NCBI GenBank assembly: GCA_964427405.1
Contig: CAYRUB010000003.1
Location: forward strand, 946 to 64,945
Length of the DNA: 64,000 nt
Source of the DNA: an uncultured Planctomycetales bacterium
GTDB lineage: Bacteria > Omnitrophota > Gorgyraeia > Gygaellales > Profunditerraquicolaceae
Direction of reading: 5' to 3'
Notes under the pieces: model-generated
Told to the model about the DNA's origin: nothing
Seen by the model: the letters and a program-made list of their open reading frames with translations, nothing else
Databases searched by the model: none
Shown here: one piece after another, positions 38,347 through 51,955 of the stretch
How positions within the stretch are numbered: the first letter of the stretch is position 1
How the letters are laid out: every line of letters begins with the position of its first letter
Translations under genes and position numbers: made by a program

Positions 38347-40443
38347 TTAAAAAGTTTTTCTTGCACCCGTATTCGCTGATCCTGAAATAACTTTATCCGC
38401 TACATGCGCAGGAACCTCGCTGTAAAAGGAAGGTTCCATTGTATACGATGCGCGGCCCTGTGTCAAGGATCTTGTTATAGTTGCGTAATTAAAAACTTCA
38501 GATAGTGGAACGTTCGCTCGGATAGTACGTAAATTTAATCTCTGCCCGAGGGCAATAATTTTTGCGCGACGACTGCTTAAATCGCCAATAATCTGGCCCA
38601 TAAATTCTTCAGGCACAATTACCTCAATATCCATAATCGGTTCCAATAAAACCGGATGCGCTTTTCTCATTCCATCCTGGAAAGCGATAGAGCCTGCCAT
38701 TTTAAATGCCAACTCCGAGGAATCAACTTCATGGAACGAACCATCGACCAAAACAACATTTACGTCGGTAACCGGATAACCGGCTAAAACTCCGTTTTTA
38801 GCCGCACCCATTACGCCCTGTTTTACCGCCGGGATAAATTCGCGCGGGATAGAACCACTTTTAATCTTATCTTCAAAAGTAATACCTGTGCCGGGAATTT
38901 CCTGCGGGCTCATTTCTATAACGCAATGCCCATACTGGCCACGGCCGCCGGATTGCGAAATAAATTTACCGACACTGGAAACACTTTTTCTGATTGTCTC
39001 CCTGTAAGCTACCTGCGGAGCGCCTACTGTAGCCTCCACGTTAAACTCACGTAAAATTCTATCAATAATAATTTCCAGATGCAACTGGCCCATCCCGGCA
39101 ATAAGGGTCTGCCCGGTTTCCTGGTTATAGGTAACCCTAAACGATGGATCTTCATCTTCCAGTTTATGCATCGCCAAGCCCAATTTTTCCTGGGCATCCT
39201 TTGACTTAGGTTCAATCGCCTGCTGAATAACTGGTTCAGGAAAACGCATAGCCTCGATAAGAATGGGATTTTTTTCAGTACACAACGTATCTCCGGTCTT
39301 AGTATCTTTTAAACCTACGGCCGCAGCAATATCTCCCGTGGAAATACTATCAATCATCTCCTGGTGGTTAGCATGCATTTTAACAATCTTGGTGACGCGC
39401 TCTCTTTCTCTTTTAGAGGCATTATAAATATAGGTTCCGGCGGTAAGCGTGCCGGAATACATCCTTACAAAATAAATTTTACCGACAAAAGGATCTGTTG
39501 CTACCTTAAAGCATAAAGCAGTAAAAGGACTTTTATCATCTGCGGTAACCTCCTCAAACTCTCCTGTGTCCGGGTTGGTACCTTTAACCGGCGGCACATC
39601 GATCGGAGAAGGCAAATAATCCCTTACCGCGTCTAAAACCAGCTGCACGCCCTTATTTTTAAAAGCGGTTCCGCAAAGCACCGCCACAAATTTATTTGCA
39701 ATTACAGTCTTACGAATCGATACTTTTAATTGCTCATTAGTTACGCTCTTGCCCTGAAGATAATCTTCCATAATCGAATCATCTGCCTCAGCAAGCTTTT
39801 CCACCAGGATCATGCGGTACTTCTCAAAATCACCAAGCATATCCTCGGGCACATCTTTTATCTCTACGTCTTTTCCTAAATCATCTTTATATAAAACTAG
39901 CTTTTTCTCAACCAGATCTACAACCCCTTTAAAATCCGACTCCTTACCAAAAGGAAGCTGAATTGCCGCCACATTAGCACCTAACCTCTTACGCATCTGA
40001 TCAATAACTTCAAAAAAATCTGATCCTATGCGATCCATCTTATTTACAAATGCAATGCGCGGGACATTATAGCGGTCGGCCTGGCGCCATACAGTTTCTG
40101 ATTGCGGTTCAACTCCGCCAACACCGCAGAAAACAACCACTGCTCCATCTAGCACCTTTAACGACCGCTCAACCTCAATAGTAAAATCTACGTGGCCGGG
40201 TGTATCAATCAGATTAATAGTCACATCTTTCCAAGTACAAGTGGTAGCGGCAGCGGTAATCGTAATACCTCTCTCTTGTTCCTGAACCATCCAATCCATG
40301 GTCGCGGCGCCATCATGCACCTCGCCTATCTTGTAATTCTTACCCGTATAAAATAAGATGCGTTCGCTTGTCGTAGTTTTCCCGGCGTCGATATGGGCAA
40401 TTATGCCGATGTTCCTGATTTTTTCTAACGGTATTTTTCTCAT
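38347..40443 (-). CDS. fusA: Elongation factor G
   Basis: 698 aa; [22 protein letters not shown] plus EF-G domains III-V. Confidence 0.97.
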   Translation of the reverse strand: MRKIPLEKIRNIGIIAHIDAGKTTTSERILFYTGKNYKIGEVHDGAATMDWMVQEQERGITITAAATTCTWKDVTINLIDTPGHVDFTIEVERSLKVLDGAVVVFCGVGGVEPQSETVWRQADRYNVPRIAFVNKMDRIGSDFFEVIDQMRKRLGANVAAIQLPFGKESDFKGVVDLVEKKLVLYKDDLGKDVEIKDVPEDMLGDFEKYRMILVEKLAEADDSIMEDYLQGKSVTNEQLKVSIRKTVIANKFVAVLCGTAFKNKGVQLVLDAVRDYLPSPIDVPPVKGTNPDTGEFEEVTADDKSPFTALCFKVATDPFVGKIYFVRMYSGTLTAGTYIYNASKRERERVTKIVKMHANHQEMIDSISTGDIAAAVGLKDTKTGDTLCTEKNPILIEAMRFPEPVIQQAIEPKSKDAQEKLGLAMHKLEDEDPSFRVTYNQETGQTLIAGMGQLHLEIIIDRILREFNVEATVGAPQVAYRETIRKSVSSVGKFISQSGGRGQYGHCVIEMSPQEIPGTGITFEDKIKSGSIPREFIPAVKQGVMGAAKNGVLAGYPVTDVNVVLVDGSFHEVDSSELAFKMAGSIAFQDGMRKAHPVLLEPIMDIEVIVPEEFMGQIIGDLSSRRAKIIALGQRLNLRTIRANVPLSEVFNYATITRSLTQGRASYTMEPSFYSEVPAHVADKVISGSANTGARKTF

Positions 40444-40446
40444 ATT

Positions 40447-40917
40447 TTACCAGCGGAAATGCGCATAGGCCTTATTTGACTCAGCCATCTTATGCGTATC
40501 ATCCCTCTTCTTTATAGCTGAGCCTTCGCCTTTATAAGCGGCGATAATTTCATCGGCTAACTTTTCCTGCATAGGCTTGCCCTTTCTATTCTGGGCAAAA
40601 TCCCTGATCCAGCGTAAAGCGATAGAAGTACCGCGTTCCTGCCTAACTTCTATGGGCACCTGATAAGTAGCTCCTCCGACCCTGCGCGGTTTTACTTCTA
40701 GGCGCGGCCGGGCATTATCCAATGCCTTATAAAATACCTTCAGGATATCCTGTTCATTTAAATTCTTTTGGGCAATATCAAAAGCACTATAAACCAATTT
40801 TTCCGCGATGGATTTCTTACCCGCAAGCATAACCATATTGATAAACTTGGCAACTATCTTACTGTTAAATTTAGGATCTGCTAAAATATTTTTTTCCTGC
40901 GCTTTTCTTCTTCTCAT
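40447..40917 (-). CDS. rpsG: 30S ribosomal protein S7
   Basis: 156 aa; S7 family. Confidence 0.95.
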   Translation of the reverse strand: MRRRKAQEKNILADPKFNSKIVAKFINMVMLAGKKSIAEKLVYSAFDIAQKNLNEQDILKVFYKALDNARPRLEVKPRRVGGATYQVPIEVRQERGTSIALRWIRDFAQNRKGKPMQEKLADEIIAAYKGEGSAIKKRDDTHKMAESNKAYAHFRW

Positions 40918-41294
40918 TATTTATCCTTTGGTTTCTTTGCCCCATATTTTGAACGTGATCTTCTACGCGCGTTTACCCCTGAAGCATCCAATGTACCCCT
41001 GACAATATGATAACGCACACCAGGTAAATCTTTTACTCTACCGCCCCTGACTAAAACAATGGAATGCTCCTGAAGATTATGCCCTTCTCCCGGAATATAA
41101 GCAGTAACCTCGATGCCTGTGGTAAGCCTGACCCTGGCAATCTTTCTTAAAGCAGAGTTAGGTTTTTTAGGCGTCATAGTACGCACCTGAAGGCAAACCC
41201 CTCTTCTCTGAGGACAATTTTTTAAAGCCGGAGATTTGCTTCTCTTTTTCTTGGAGACTCTACCAAATCTTATTAACTGAGCAATTGTGGGCAT
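40917..41294 (-). CDS. rpsL: 30S ribosomal protein S12
   Basis: 125 aa; [12 protein letters not shown]... Confidence 0.95.
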   Translation of the reverse strand: MPTIAQLIRFGRVSKKKRSKSPALKNCPQRRGVCLQVRTMTPKKPNSALRKIARVRLTTGIEVTAYIPGEGHNLQEHSIVLVRGGRVKDLPGVRYHIVRGTLDASGVNARRRSRSKYGAKKPKDK

Positions 41295-41297
41295 AGA

Positions 41298-44200
41298 TTA
41301 TTCCTTTTCCTCTTTCTTCTCTGCGCTCTTTTCAGCGCCTGTTTTTATTACCTCAATATCGCGGTGCGCCCTGAATCCGGTTCCTGCCGGAATCAAGTGG
41401 CCCACAATAACATTCTCCTTTAAGCCAAACAATTCATCCCGTTTTCCACTGGTTGCCGCTTCAGTTAAAACACGAGTGGTCTCCTGAAAACTGGCTGCGG
41501 AAATAAAACTTTCAGTGGTAAGCGAAGCCTTAGTTATACCCAAAAGTAGCGGGGTTGCCTGGGCGGGTTTGCCGCCTTTTTTAATCACCCGGGTATTTTC
41601 TTTCTGAAACACCCATTTATCTACCTGCTGGGTAGCTAAAAATTCCGTATCGCCCGGATCCTCAATCCTTACCTTTTTAAGCATCTGACGGATAATTACC
41701 TCTATATGCTTATCATTAATACGCACACCCTGCAGACGATATACCTCCTGCACTTCATTAACCAGATACTCCTGCAAAACTTTATCGCCGCAGACACTTA
41801 AAATATCCTGTAAAACCACCGGGCCATCGGTAAGCTGCTGACCGGCTGAAACTTTATCACCCTTATATACATTCGGATGCTTGCCATGAGGAATAATATA
41901 CTCGCGGGACATCCCGGTAACAGATTTAACAATAATTACGCGCTGGTTTTTCTTCGTCTCTCCAAATTCCACGAATCCGTCAATTTCACTGATAACCGCC
42001 GGATCCTTTGGCCGCCTGGCTTCAAAAAGCTCTGCAACGCGCGGAAGGCCTCCGGTAATATCACGGGTTTTAACTACTGTACGCGGAATCTTTGCCAAGA
42101 GATCTCCTCCACCTACCCGCTCGCCATCCTTAACAATAATATGCGCGCCGATAGGAATAGGATAAATACCTAAAACTTCTTTTTTATCGTCAGTTATAAC
42201 TACTTGCGGATGATACTCAGGCTTATGTTCAACTACTACGCGCTCAGTCAATTTTGTAACCGGATTAACCTCATCGTGCATAGTAACATTCTCGCGCAAA
42301 TCCTCAAAACGCACTATACCGGGAACTTCAGTAAGTACCGGCAAGGTATACGGATCCCAGCGCACAAAAACTACCGCCTTCTTAACCTCTTCTCCGTCAA
42401 GGATAGTAATATAAGCACCCTGAGGAACAGGATAGCGCTCAAGTTCACGACCCTGAACATCATTAATACTGATCGCGCCGTTCCTGTTCAAGGCAACATT
42501 TTCTTTATTCTTAAGCGTAACCCTTAAAGAATGATATTTAACAATACCATCATTTTTAGATTTAATAAATGACTGTTCAATAGTCCTGGAGGCTGTACCT
42601 CCAATGTGGAAGGTTCTCATTGTCAGCTGGGTACCAGGCTCACCAATACTCTGGGCAGCAACAACTCCGATAGCCTCACCCAACTCAATTAACCTGCCGG
42701 TAGACAGATTGCGGCCGTAGCATTTAGCGCAAACCCCCCTCCCGGACTCACAAGTTAAAACGCTGCGTATACGTATCTTCTCAATCCCTAATTTCTCTAT
42801 CTGGTCGGTATTTTCTTCGGTAATTTCATGCCCCTGTTCAACAATCACCTCATCGGTAATAATATCAACTACATTGTCCAAAGCTACTCTTCCAATAATG
42901 CGATCCTTAAGGCTGACTACTTCTTCATCGCCTTCAACAATCGCAGAAACTGTGATACCATTAAGCGTGCCACAGTCTTCTTCGCAAACAATTACCTCCT
43001 GAGCAACATCTACAAGCCTGCGGGTCAGGTATCCGGCATCAGCGGTTTTAAGTGCAGTATCCGCCAAGCCCTTACGTGCACCGTGAGTAGAAATAAAATA
43101 CTCTAAAACATTTAAGCCTTCGCGGAAATTTGCGGTAATCGGATTTTCGATAATTTCACCGCTGGGTTTAGCCATAAGCCCACGCATACCGGCAAGCTGT
43201 CTGACCTGCAAGCGCGAACCACGCGCGCCGCTATCCGCCATCATAAAGATAGGATTAAATGCATGCATCCCTTTAAATAGTAAATCCGAAATTTTATCCG
43301 TTGTGTGGGTCCAAATATCAATAACCTTTGATTTACGTTCGCTATCAGTAATTACACCTTTACGGTATTGATCCTCAACCCTGGCTACCTCTTCTTTGGA
43401 TTCCCTTAAAACCTCCGGCTTTTCCAACGGGACAGTCATATCATCTATACCAATAGAAATACCACCCAGGGTGCCCATTTCAAAACCTAAGCGTTTAATA
43501 TCATCTAACAATTTAATAGTTACGCTGTGACCAAACCTCTTATAGCAGCTGACTACTATATCGCTGACTCTGCCTTTATTCAACTCCCGGTTAACAAATC
43601 CAAATTCAGCAGGCAGTACCTGATTAAACATTACCCGGCCGACAGTAGTATTAAGTAGTTGTTTTCCATCAAGCACCTTTTTCTGGTCAAAATCATATAA
43701 AGCATATATGCGAAGTTTTATTTTAGCATGCAGCTCAACCGCTTTGTCATCATAAGCTATCAGGACTTCATCGGCGCTGGAAAACACCTTGCCCTCCCCT
43801 AACGCACCTGGTTTCTCCTTACTAAGATACGAAACACCCAAAATAATATCCTGAGTAGGAGAAATTACCGGACGGCCATCAGCTGGAGAAAATATATTAT
43901 TTATGGCCATAATAAGTACTTTAGTCTCTAATTGTGATTCTAAAGACAGCGGCACATGCACGGCCATCTGGTCCCCGTCAAAGTCAGCGTTAAAAGCAGT
44001 ACAGACTAGCGGATGTATCTTTATTGATTTACCTTCAATTAATAGCGGTTGAAATGCCTGAATACCTAAACGGTGCAAGGTTGGCGCACGGTTAAGCATA
44101 ACCGGATGGTCTTTAATTACTTCATCCAGAATATCCCAAACCTCAATCTTGCCGCGCTCAACCATCCTGCGCGCGCCTTTAATCGTATGTACAAAACCTT

Positions 44201-45332
44201 TTTCTCTTAATTTTTTAATAATAAACGGCTCAAACAACTCAAGAGCCATCTGTTTAGGAAGGCCACATTCATGAAGTTTTAACTCCGGGCCTACGACAAT
44301 CACCGAACGTCCGGAATAATCTACACGCTTACCCAAAAGATTCTGACGGAAACGTCCTTGCTTCCCCTTAAGCATATCGGAAAGAGATTTTAATGGACGA
44401 TTATTGGCGCCATTTACCGGCTTACCGTGACGGCCATTATCCAAAAGCGCATCCACTGCCTCCTGAAGCATGCGCTTTTCATTACGGATAATGATCTCAG
44501 GCGCACTCAACTCCATTAATTTTCTAAGACGGTTATTGCGATTAATAACCCTGCGGTATAAATCATTAAGGTCGCTTGTAGCAAACCTTCCGCCTTCAAG
44601 CGGGACTAACGGGCGTAAATCCGGAGGGATTACCGGCAGGATACTTAAAATCATCCATTCCGGCTTATTGCCGCTTTTCTTAAAATCTTCAACGATTTTT
44701 AAATTCTTGATTGCCTTGCGGTTACTTAAAACATCCTTGGACTTCTCTAAATCCTTTCTGAATTTACGGCAAACCACATCTAAATCTAATTCTTTTAAAA
44801 GTTCGACTATCGCTTCAGCGCCAATTTTGGCCTTGAAATTTGCCCCATACTTATCCAATGCTTCCTGATATTGCTCATCAGTAAGCAGTTCTTTTTTCTT
44901 TAAAGGAGAGGTTCCGGGATCAACAACAACATACTCCTCGTAATAAATAATTCTTTCTAAATCCCTTAAACCAATATCCAATAATGCACTCATGCGGCTG
45001 GGTACGGCTTTAAAGAACCAAATATGTGTAACTGGCGTAGCTAAATCAATATGCCCCATGCGTTCGCGCCTGACGCTTGAACGATCTACAGTTACCCCGC
45101 AACGATCACAGGTAATTCCTTTAAACTTTATACCTTTATATTTACCGCAGTTACACTCCCAATCGCGCACCGGGCCAAAGATCTTTTCGCAAAACAAACC
45201 GTCTTTTTCCGGCTTAAGCGTACGGTAATTAATAGTTTCGGCTTTTTTGACGTCACCCTTAGACCAGGATTTAATTATTTGCGGGCTGGCAATCTTAATT
45301 GAAATACTATCAAACGATACGATCTCTTCCAT
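41298..45332 (-). CDS. rpoC: DNA-directed RNA polymerase beta' subunit
   Basis: 1344 aa; zinc-binding CNCGKYKG...CDRCG, NADFDGD catalytic motif. Confidence 0.97.
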   Translation of the reverse strand: MEEIVSFDSISIKIASPQIIKSWSKGDVKKAETINYRTLKPEKDGLFCEKIFGPVRDWECNCGKYKGIKFKGITCDRCGVTVDRSSVRRERMGHIDLATPVTHIWFFKAVPSRMSALLDIGLRDLERIIYYEEYVVVDPGTSPLKKKELLTDEQYQEALDKYGANFKAKIGAEAIVELLKELDLDVVCRKFRKDLEKSKDVLSNRKAIKNLKIVEDFKKSGNKPEWMILSILPVIPPDLRPLVPLEGGRFATSDLNDLYRRVINRNNRLRKLMELSAPEIIIRNEKRMLQEAVDALLDNGRHGKPVNGANNRPLKSLSDMLKGKQGRFRQNLLGKRVDYSGRSVIVVGPELKLHECGLPKQMALELFEPFIIKKLREKGFVHTIKGARRMVERGKIEVWDILDEVIKDHPVMLNRAPTLHRLGIQAFQPLLIEGKSIKIHPLVCTAFNADFDGDQMAVHVPLSLESQLETKVLIMAINNIFSPADGRPVISPTQDIILGVSYLSKEKPGALGEGKVFSSADEVLIAYDDKAVELHAKIKLRIYALYDFDQKKVLDGKQLLNTTVGRVMFNQVLPAEFGFVNRELNKGRVSDIVVSCYKRFGHSVTIKLLDDIKRLGFEMGTLGGISIGIDDMTVPLEKPEVLRESKEEVARVEDQYRKGVITDSERKSKVIDIWTHTTDKISDLLFKGMHAFNPIFMMADSGARGSRLQVRQLAGMRGLMAKPSGEIIENPITANFREGLNVLEYFISTHGARKGLADTALKTADAGYLTRRLVDVAQEVIVCEEDCGTLNGITVSAIVEGDEEVVSLKDRIIGRVALDNVVDIITDEVIVEQGHEITEENTDQIEKLGIEKIRIRSVLTCESGRGVCAKCYGRNLSTGRLIELGEAIGVVAAQSIGEPGTQLTMRTFHIGGTASRTIEQSFIKSKNDGIVKYHSLRVTLKNKENVALNRNGAISINDVQGRELERYPVPQGAYITILDGEEVKKAVVFVRWDPYTLPVLTEVPGIVRFEDLRENVTMHDEVNPVTKLTERVVVEHKPEYHPQVVITDDKKEVLGIYPIPIGAHIIVKDGERVGGGDLLAKIPRTVVKTRDITGGLPRVAELFEARRPKDPAVISEIDGFVEFGETKKNQRVIIVKSVTGMSREYIIPHGKHPNVYKGDKVSAGQQLTDGPVVLQDILSVCGDKVLQEYLVNEVQEVYRLQGVRINDKHIEVIIRQMLKKVRIEDPGDTEFLATQQVDKWVFQKENTRVIKKGGKPAQATPLLLGITKASLTTESFISAASFQETTRVLTEAATSGKRDELFGLKENVIVGHLIPAGTGFRAHRDIEVIKTGAEKSAEKKEEKE

Positions 45333-48300
45333 TATTTAGCCTTTTCTGTCCTGATATCAAGGCATAAGCCTTGTAATTCTTTGATTAATACATTAAATGA
45401 CTCTGGAGTCCCGTGAGTTAGGCGCTGTTCACCCTTAACTATCGCTTCATAAATACGCGTTCTGCCGCTGACATCATCGCTCTTAACCGTAAGCATTTCC
45501 TGCAAAGTAAATGCTGCCCCGTATGCCTCCAACGCCCAAACTTCCATTTCACCTAATCTCTGGCCGCCGAATTGCGCTTTACCGCCTAAAGGCTGCTGAG
45601 TAACTAAGGAATATGGCCCTATAGAGCGGGCATGAATCTTTTCGTCAACCAAATGGATTAATTTCAAGATATACATATACCCAACGGTTACCTTCTGGTC
45701 AAAAGGCTCACCGCTATAACCGTCATAAAGCGTAACCTTTCCATCTTCAGGAAGACCTGCCTTCTTCAATAATTCCTTGATCTCGCTCTCTTTAGCGCTG
45801 TCAAATATCGGACAGCTTACATTTAACCCTAAGGCTTTCACTGCCCAGCCTAAATGGCATTCCAGTATCTGGCCTACGTTCATACGAGAAGGGACACCTA
45901 ACGGATTCAAAACCATATCCACCGGTGTGCCGTCGGGCATATAAGGCATATTTTCTTCAGGGATGATCCTGGCGACCACACCTTTATTACCATGGCGGCC
46001 GGCGAGCTTATCTCCTTCGGAAAGCTTACGTTTTGTAGCAATATAAACCACGACCCTCTTCAAGATACCCGTGGGTAATTCATCTCCACGGCGCACCTTC
46101 TCAATCTCCTGCTCTTCTTCAGCTAATAACTCCTGCACCTGCTCATCAAAAGAAGCAGCTAAGATTTTGGCTTCATCATTATCGCTAAAATCATACTTCT
46201 CAACCTTTTTCTTATCTATGCCTAAGACCTGGGCTAAACGCACAGTCTTTTCAATCTGCAAGAACTCAACCTCCTGTTTATAATAAGCCTTGAGTTCGCG
46301 GATTTTCGCTAATTCTTTTGTCTTTTCTTCTTTGGTCTTACGGCCGCGGTCTTTGCGCTGAAAAACATGTACATCTATAACCACACCCTCAACTCCCGGA
46401 GGAACAACCAAAGAGGTATCGCGCACATCCCCGGCCTTCTCTCCGAAAATCGCGCGTAACAATCTTTCTTCAGGGCTGGGCTCGGAATCAGTCTTAGGAG
46501 TAATTTTACCTACCAGGATATCCCCGGCGCTTACTTCTGCGCCAACGCGAATAATCCCATCTTCATCTAAGTTCCCTAAGGCCTCTTCACTTACGTTAGG
46601 AATATCGCGGGTGATTTCTTCATTACCAAGCCTTGTTTCAGCAGCCTCAATTTCAAATTCTTCAATATGGATAGAGGTAAAGGTATCACTTTTAATTAAT
46701 TTTTCACTGACTAGAATAGCATCTTCAAAGTTATAACCTCTCCAGGGCATAAAAGCCACCAGGATATTCTTTCCTAAAGCCAGCTCGCCGTCTTTAGTAG
46801 CAATCCCGTCGGCAATTGCCTGGCCCGGCTCTATCCTATCCCCCAATTTTACCAGCGGCCTTTGATTTATTGAAGTATCCGCATTGGTACGCAGAAATTT
46901 CTTTAAATGGTAAATCTTCTTACCCACCGTAATTGACAAAGAATCAACACTGGTTACCTTACCGGAATCCTGGGCAATAACCACTGTGCCGGAATCCTGG
47001 GCTACCTTTGCCTCCATATCAGTACCGACTAAAGGAGCCTCGGTAATCATCAAAGGAACAGCCTGGCGTTGCATATTTGAACCCATGAGCGCGCGGTTTG
47101 CATCATCATGCTCTAAGAAAGGAATTAATGCCGCGGCAACAGAAACCAACTGCTTAGCGGAAACATCCATATACTGCACATCTTTTGCCAAAACCTTCGG
47201 GAAATCTTCCCTATATCGGCAGGTAACAAACTTATCCGTGAATCTGCCTTCGCTGTCTAACGCAACATCAGCCTGGGCGATAATTTTATCTTCTTCAATA
47301 TCCGCGGTCAAGTATTCGAATTTCTTAGTTACGCGGCCATCTTCTACTTTACGATATGGGGTTTCAATCAAACCTAAAGCGTTAATACGTGCAAAACAAC
47401 TCAAAGAAGCGATTAAACCGATATTCGGGCCTTCGGGAGTTTCAATGGGGCAAACCCTTCCATAATGCGAAGGATGGATATCTCTTACTTCAAAACCTGC
47501 CCTTTCGCGTGACAGGCCTCCCGGACCTAAAGCGCTTAAACGGCGTTTATGAGTCATCTCTGCCAAAGGATTAATCTGATCCATAAATTGGGATAGCTGG
47601 CTGCGGCCGAAGAAATCACGAATCTGGTTGCTTAAAAGCTTGGAGTTAATCAAATAATGCACGTTTAAATTATCAAACTCGCCTAAAATACTCAATCTTT
47701 CCTTAATTGAACGCTCAACCCTGGAAAGTCCGATACGCACTTGATTTTGCACTAATTCGCCGACGCTTTTTACGCGGCGGTTTCCTAAATGGTCAATATC
47801 ATCAATTTTGCCTGTACCGGCATTTAACTTGATTAAATATTCGATTACCTTAATTACGGTATCAGAGTCAAGTATCCTTTTTTCTAAAGATACATTCATA
47901 TCTAATTTACGGTTCAGGATAAAGCGACCCGCACGCTCTAAGTCATATCTGGCAGGGTCAAAAAATAATCTATAGAACAGGCCTTCCGCCGCTTCTTTAG
48001 TAACCGGTTCAGTAGGCCGCATCTTGCGATAGAAATCAAGATATGCCTCTTCTTTATTTTTAGTATAATCTTTTTTTAAGGTATTGATAATCTCCGGATG
48101 TTCCTTGCCAAAAGCAGCAAAAATCTGGCTGTCTTCTGAAAAACCCAGGATTCTTAGAATTTGCGTTGCGGGAAAATTTCTGCGGCGGTCAACATAAGCT
48201 GTAATTGTCTCGGTAAGGTCATATTTAAATTCCAGCCATGCGCCGCGATAAGGGATAACGCGACCATAGAAAATCTTCTTACCTGTAGGATGCAGCTCCT

Positions 48301-48736
48301 CTTCAAAAGATACACCAGGAGAACGCTGCAACTGACTGACTACTACACGCTCGTCGCCATTTATAATAAATGTGCCAGTCTCAGTCATTAAGGGGATTTC
48401 GCCAAAATAAGCATCCTGCTCTTTTGTTTCTCTGGGAGTAGTCAGGCGAAACTTTACCTTTAACGGAGAAGCATAACTTAATGAACGATTCTTAGATTCA
48501 CTTATCGTATACTTAGGCTTTCCTAAAGAATAGCTGATAAAATCTAATTTTACCGAGCGGTCAGGGCTTTCAATGGGAAAGATCTCTCCAAAAACCTCCT
48601 GTAGCCCCTGATTCTTCTTTTGATCTGCCGGCACATCCATCTGCAGAAATTCACGATAAGTATCAAGCTGTACATCCAAAAGATTAGGCAAATCGTAAAC
48701 TTCTTTTATCTTAGCAAAGCTTTTACGTTTATTCAT
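45332..48736 (-). CDS. rpoB: DNA-directed RNA polymerase beta subunit
   Basis: 1134 aa; conserved beta-subunit blocks (rifampicin region, [12 protein letters not shown]). Confidence 0.97.
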   Translation of the reverse strand: MNKRKSFAKIKEVYDLPNLLDVQLDTYREFLQMDVPADQKKNQGLQEVFGEIFPIESPDRSVKLDFISYSLGKPKYTISESKNRSLSYASPLKVKFRLTTPRETKEQDAYFGEIPLMTETGTFIINGDERVVVSQLQRSPGVSFEEELHPTGKKIFYGRVIPYRGAWLEFKYDLTETITAYVDRRRNFPATQILRILGFSEDSQIFAAFGKEHPEIINTLKKDYTKNKEEAYLDFYRKMRPTEPVTKEAAEGLFYRLFFDPARYDLERAGRFILNRKLDMNVSLEKRILDSDTVIKVIEYLIKLNAGTGKIDDIDHLGNRRVKSVGELVQNQVRIGLSRVERSIKERLSILGEFDNLNVHYLINSKLLSNQIRDFFGRSQLSQFMDQINPLAEMTHKRRLSALGPGGLSRERAGFEVRDIHPSHYGRVCPIETPEGPNIGLIASLSCFARINALGLIETPYRKVEDGRVTKKFEYLTADIEEDKIIAQADVALDSEGRFTDKFVTCRYREDFPKVLAKDVQYMDVSAKQLVSVAAALIPFLEHDDANRALMGSNMQRQAVPLMITEAPLVGTDMEAKVAQDSGTVVIAQDSGKVTSVDSLSITVGKKIYHLKKFLRTNADTSINQRPLVKLGDRIEPGQAIADGIATKDGELALGKNILVAFMPWRGYNFEDAILVSEKLIKSDTFTSIHIEEFEIEAAETRLGNEEITRDIPNVSEEALGNLDEDGIIRVGAEVSAGDILVGKITPKTDSEPSPEERLLRAIFGEKAGDVRDTSLVVPPGVEGVVIDVHVFQRKDRGRKTKEEKTKELAKIRELKAYYKQEVEFLQIEKTVRLAQVLGIDKKKVEKYDFSDNDEAKILAASFDEQVQELLAEEEQEIEKVRRGDELPTGILKRVVVYIATKRKLSEGDKLAGRHGNKGVVARIIPEENMPYMPDGTPVDMVLNPLGVPSRMNVGQILECHLGWAVKALGLNVSCPIFDSAKESEIKELLKKAGLPEDGKVTLYDGYSGEPFDQKVTVGYMYILKLIHLVDEKIHARSIGPYSLVTQQPLGGKAQFGGQRLGEMEVWALEAYGAAFTLQEMLTVKSDDVSGRTRIYEAIVKGEQRLTHGTPESFNVLIKELQGLCLDIRTEKAK

Positions 48737-48809
48737 AATCCCTTATGGCTAGACTCAGCCTAGTTTTAATTACTTATGTTTACTTAAACTTACTTATACT
48801 TACCCTAAG

Positions 48810-49193
48810 TTACTTTAACTCTACGGTTGCGCCAGCTGCTTCTAGTTTCTTTTTCATCTCAGCAGCTTCATCTTTAGTAGCGCCTTCCTTTATTGACTTA
48901 GGAGCAGCGTCTACTAAATCCTTGGCTTCTTTTAAACCCAGGCTAGTAATGGTACGTACCTCTTTAATTACCGCAATTTTATTTGCACCGGCACTAGTCA
49001 ATACTACGCTAAATACGCTCTTTTCTTCAGCAGCGGCAGCGGGTGCTGCGGCGCCGGCAGCGGGTGCTGCGGCCATCGGCATATTCGCGCTTACGCCAAA
49101 TTTCTCTTCCAAAGCCTTAACTAAGTCGGAGAGCTCTAAAACGCTCATCGTTTCAATCGACTTGATTAATTCTTCCAATTTTTCAGTTGCCAT
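48810..49193 (-). CDS. rplL: 50S ribosomal protein L7/L12
   Basis: 127 aa; Ala-rich hinge and C-terminal domain. Confidence 0.95.
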   Translation of the reverse strand: MATEKLEELIKSIETMSVLELSDLVKALEEKFGVSANMPMAAAPAAGAAAPAAAAEEKSVFSVVLTSAGANKIAVIKEVRTITSLGLKEAKDLVDAAPKSIKEGATKDEAAEMKKKLEAAGATVELK

Positions 49194-49220
49194 TTCTTCC
49201 TCCCTTGTTAGCTTGTCTTT

Positions 49221-49266
49221 TCCTTGCTCTCTTTCGTTCGCAAGGATTTTTCTGGATCATTGATTA
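49221..49266 (-). repeat. Family-B short hairpin repeat, copy 3 (inverted relative to copies 1-2)
   Basis: Reverse complement CATTAATCAATGATCCAGAAAAATCCTTGCGAACGAAAGAGAGCAAGG; the core AAATCCTTGCGAAC-AAAG-GAGCAAGG is near-identical to copy 2 at 18363; overlaps the rplJ stop codon. Confidence 0.55.
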
Positions 49267-49788
49267 ATGTTTATTCTGTCTGATTTGATCTAAGCAGTAA
49301 ACAAATTTCTTTAAAGTTTGATTTAATACAACAACCACCTTGACAATCGGACCATTCAAAGCACAAACTACCTGAGCCCTGAGCACATCCTTAGATGGAA
49401 GTTTGCTCATGGTTTCTATATCTTTTGAAGTTAATAGTTTCTCCTGCAGCAGCCCACCTTCTAATATAAGTTTTTCATGATCTTTACGGAAGGCGCATAA
49501 AATCTTAGAAGTATCTACCGGTTCATCTTTGAAAAAAATCAATCCGCAAGGCGACTCAATAGACTTAATCAGGTCATTTAAACCTAATTCTTTCATTGCC
49601 CTTCTGGCTACGCTATTCTTAACTACAAAAAGGTCTGAACCGGTTGCCTTAAGCGTCTTTCTTAACCCGCTCATATCAGGGCTGGCTACTCCGGAGTATT
49701 TTACAATAATCAGCCCCTTGGATAATTTAAGGCTGTTCTTTATGCGATTCTCTGATGTTTCTTTTACTAATAATCCGATTTTTTTCAT
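49264..49788 (-). CDS. rplJ: 50S ribosomal protein L10
   Basis: 174 aa; L10 family. Confidence 0.95.
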   Translation of the reverse strand: MKKIGLLVKETSENRIKNSLKLSKGLIIVKYSGVASPDMSGLRKTLKATGSDLFVVKNSVARRAMKELGLNDLIKSIESPCGLIFFKDEPVDTSKILCAFRKDHEKLILEGGLLQEKLLTSKDIETMSKLPSKDVLRAQVVCALNGPIVKVVVVLNQTLKKFVYCLDQIRQNKH

Positions 49789-49817
49789 ATTATAAACTCA
49801 CTTTACGCACTGCTTTT

Positions 49818-50498
49818 TTAGCAGGCCAAATGTAATCCCGGGTTCATAGAAGCAGCGATACTTAAGCCCTTCACAAATTTACCTTTTACAGAAGCGGGCC
49901 TGGACTCATTAACCGCCTCTATAACCTTAGAGGCATTATCATTTAGCTGCTCCTCGCTAAATGAAATTTTACCCACAGACAAATGCATCCCACCCTGTTT
50001 ATCGACGCGGAACTCAACCTTGCCCTTCCTTACATCTTCGATAGCTTTTGATATATCATTGGTAACTGTGCCGGTTTTAGGGGATGGCATCAAACCGCGC
50101 GGCCCCAGGACTTTACCCAATTTGCTTAAATCTTTCATCATCTCAGGAGTAGCTATAGCGCAATCAAAATCGAGAAATCCGGCGCCAACTTTATCAATTA
50201 ACTCCGTTCCTCCGACATAATCCGCTTTGGCTTCCCTGGCCTGTCTTTCATGTTCGCCCTTACAAAACACTGCCACACGTACCTTTTTTCCGGTTCCATG
50301 AGGAAGCACTACAGTTCCACGGACCATCTGGTCACTCTTTTTAGTATCTACGCTCAAATTAAAATGCAGGTCAACTGAGCCGTCAAACTTTGGTTTAGGC
50401 AGCTTCTTCAATAAAATGATTGCTTCCTTTAACTGATAAAGTTTGTCCTGCTCAACCTGCTTAACCGATTCCTTATATCTCTTGCTTTGAACTTTCAT
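49818..50498 (-). CDS. rplA: 50S ribosomal protein L1
   Basis: 226 aa; L1 family. Confidence 0.95.
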   Translation of the reverse strand: MKVQSKRYKESVKQVEQDKLYQLKEAIILLKKLPKPKFDGSVDLHFNLSVDTKKSDQMVRGTVVLPHGTGKKVRVAVFCKGEHERQAREAKADYVGGTELIDKVGAGFLDFDCAIATPEMMKDLSKLGKVLGPRGLMPSPKTGTVTNDISKAIEDVRKGKVEFRVDKQGGMHLSVGKISFSEEQLNDNASKVIEAVNESRPASVKGKFVKGLSIAASMNPGLHLAC

Positions 50499-50582
50499 TT
50501 TTTGCTTATCTCCCCAGCGACGCTTATCTTGTCGTGGGTCAGTCCCCTTCGGGGACAGACCCTACTTGCAACGGTGGTCTAT
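50499..50582 (-). promoter_or_regulatory. Structured leader upstream of rplA (possible L1 autoregulatory site)
   Basis: Minus RNA GGGUCuGUCCCCgaaGGGGACuGACCC hairpin followed by duplicated AGAUAAGC motifs and SD GGGGAG. Confidence 0.3.
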
Positions 50583-51008
50583 CTATCCTTCAATCGCAAT
50601 ACCCATACTCCTGGCAGTGCCTTCAATAATTTTAATCGCCTGCTCCATGCTGGCGGTATTTAAATCCGAAAGTTTAAGCTTGGCGATCTCTTCAACCTGT
50701 TTCTTGGTTACCTTACCAATGATTTCCTTACCACTAGTACCGGACGCCTTAGCCAGGTTCGCAGCCCTTTTTAATAAAATTGATGATGGCGGGCTCTTTA
50801 TAATAAAGGTAAAGGTTCTATCCTCATAAACACTAATCACAACCGGCAGGATCAAACCATCTCTGCCCTTAGTCTGATCATTAAACTGTTTACAAAACTG
50901 CATGATATTCACGCCATGCTGGCCTAAAGCCGGGCCTACCGGAGGAGCAGGGTTTGCCTGCGCTGCCGGAACGTGTAACTTAATCTGAGCCTTAATTGCC
51001 TTTGCCAT
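50583..51008 (-). CDS. rplK: 50S ribosomal protein L11
   Basis: 141 aa; [22 protein letters not shown]. Confidence 0.95.
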   Translation of the reverse strand: MAKAIKAQIKLHVPAAQANPAPPVGPALGQHGVNIMQFCKQFNDQTKGRDGLILPVVISVYEDRTFTFIIKSPPSSILLKRAANLAKASGTSGKEIIGKVTKKQVEEIAKLKLSDLNTASMEQAIKIIEGTARSMGIAIEG

Positions 51009-51010
51009 AG

Positions 51011-51538
51011 TTATACCCTCTCCACCTGCCAGTACTCTAACTCCACCGGCGTAGAGCGTCCAAATATAGAAACACTTACCTTAACTTTGCCTTTTTCAGG
51101 ATAAACCTCTTCGATTACCCCGTTGAAATTTAAAAATGGCCCTTCATTTACCCTTACCTGCTCGCCTTTCTCAAAGACTATTTTAGGCGAAGGTTTAGCC
51201 GCAGTTTCCTTGGTACGCTTAAGAATGCTATCTACCTCTTCCTGAGGAAGCGGTACAGGTTTACGGCCTAAACCGATAAAACCCGTAACTCCAGGAGAAT
51301 TTTTAATAAAAAGATAGGTCCCTTCGCTCAAATCCATTTCTACCAGCAAATACCCCGGAAAGAATTTCCTTTGAGTAATCTTTTTTTTACCGGCCCGTAC
51401 CTCAGAAACCTGTTCCGTAGGAATAACCACACTGGAAATCAAATCACTAAGGCCGCTGGAAACAATCTTTTTCTCCAGAGATGTCTTAACTTTTTCCTCT
51501 ATCCCGGTCTGGGTGTGCACAACATACCATTTTTTCAT
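51011..51538 (-). CDS. nusG: Transcription termination/antitermination factor NusG
   Basis: 175 aa; NGN domain ([10 protein letters not shown]) and KOW domain. Confidence 0.95.
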   Translation of the reverse strand: MKKWYVVHTQTGIEEKVKTSLEKKIVSSGLSDLISSVVIPTEQVSEVRAGKKKITQRKFFPGYLLVEMDLSEGTYLFIKNSPGVTGFIGLGRKPVPLPQEEVDSILKRTKETAAKPSPKIVFEKGEQVRVNEGPFLNFNGVIEEVYPEKGKVKVSVSIFGRSTPVELEYWQVERV

Positions 51539-51726
51539 TTAAAAATCACACTTAGAAATCTGGATAATCCCAGATCTACTATCCCGATAAAAATTGTCAT
51601 TATCCCCGTAACGGTAATTACCAAAACCGTAGAAGCCAAAAGTTCTTTTCTGGTTGACCATGAAACCCTGCTTAACTCAGCCTTAACTTCTTTTAAAAAA
51701 TTTACCGGTTTTGCTATAATATTCAT
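51535..51726 (-). CDS. secE: Preprotein translocase subunit SecE
   Basis: 63 aa; single C-terminal TM; conserved position upstream of nusG. Confidence 0.85.
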   Translation of the reverse strand: MNIIAKPVNFLKEVKAELSRVSWSTRKELLASTVLVITVTGIMTIFIGIVDLGLSRFLSVIFK

Positions 51727-51758
51727 ATTTAAGAACTTTTCCCCTTAACCTGTAACTA

Positions 51759-51829
51759 CAGGAGCGGCAGGACTTGAACCTGCAGTCACGGTTTTGGAGA
51801 CCGTTGGTTTGCCATTAACCGACGCCCCT
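51759..51829 (-). tRNA. tRNA-Trp (anticodon CCA)
   Basis: Hand-folded cloverleaf: acceptor AGGGGCG/CGCUCCU (one G-U), D-stem GGUU/AACC, anticodon stem ACGGU/ACCGU with loop CUCCAAA, T-arm GCAGG-UUCAAGU-CCUGC; CCA not encoded. Confidence 0.8.
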
Positions 51830-51955
51830 AAGTTTAATCTTTGTTATCAATATCCCGGCTCAAATTCTGCCTAAAAATTTGGTAAATTTTAGGCATTCGC
51901 CAGGATAAATTCGCGCATTAATTTACTCGCACTCTCGTGCTCGTAAATTAAGCGC

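Noticed and set aside
48745-49263. 172-aa plus-strand ORF rich in Ala/Ser overlapping rplL
   Set aside because: Exactly antisense to the Ala-rich L7/L12 gene; its composition is a mirror artefact of the GCN codon run, and no start-site context or homology supports it.
51869-51894. AT-rich hairpin GCCTAAAAATTTGGTAAATTTTAGGC downstream of rpmG, considered as a terminator
   Set aside because: No U-tract follows on either strand and the stem is almost all A-T pairs; more likely incidental or part of the tRNA-Trp promoter region.
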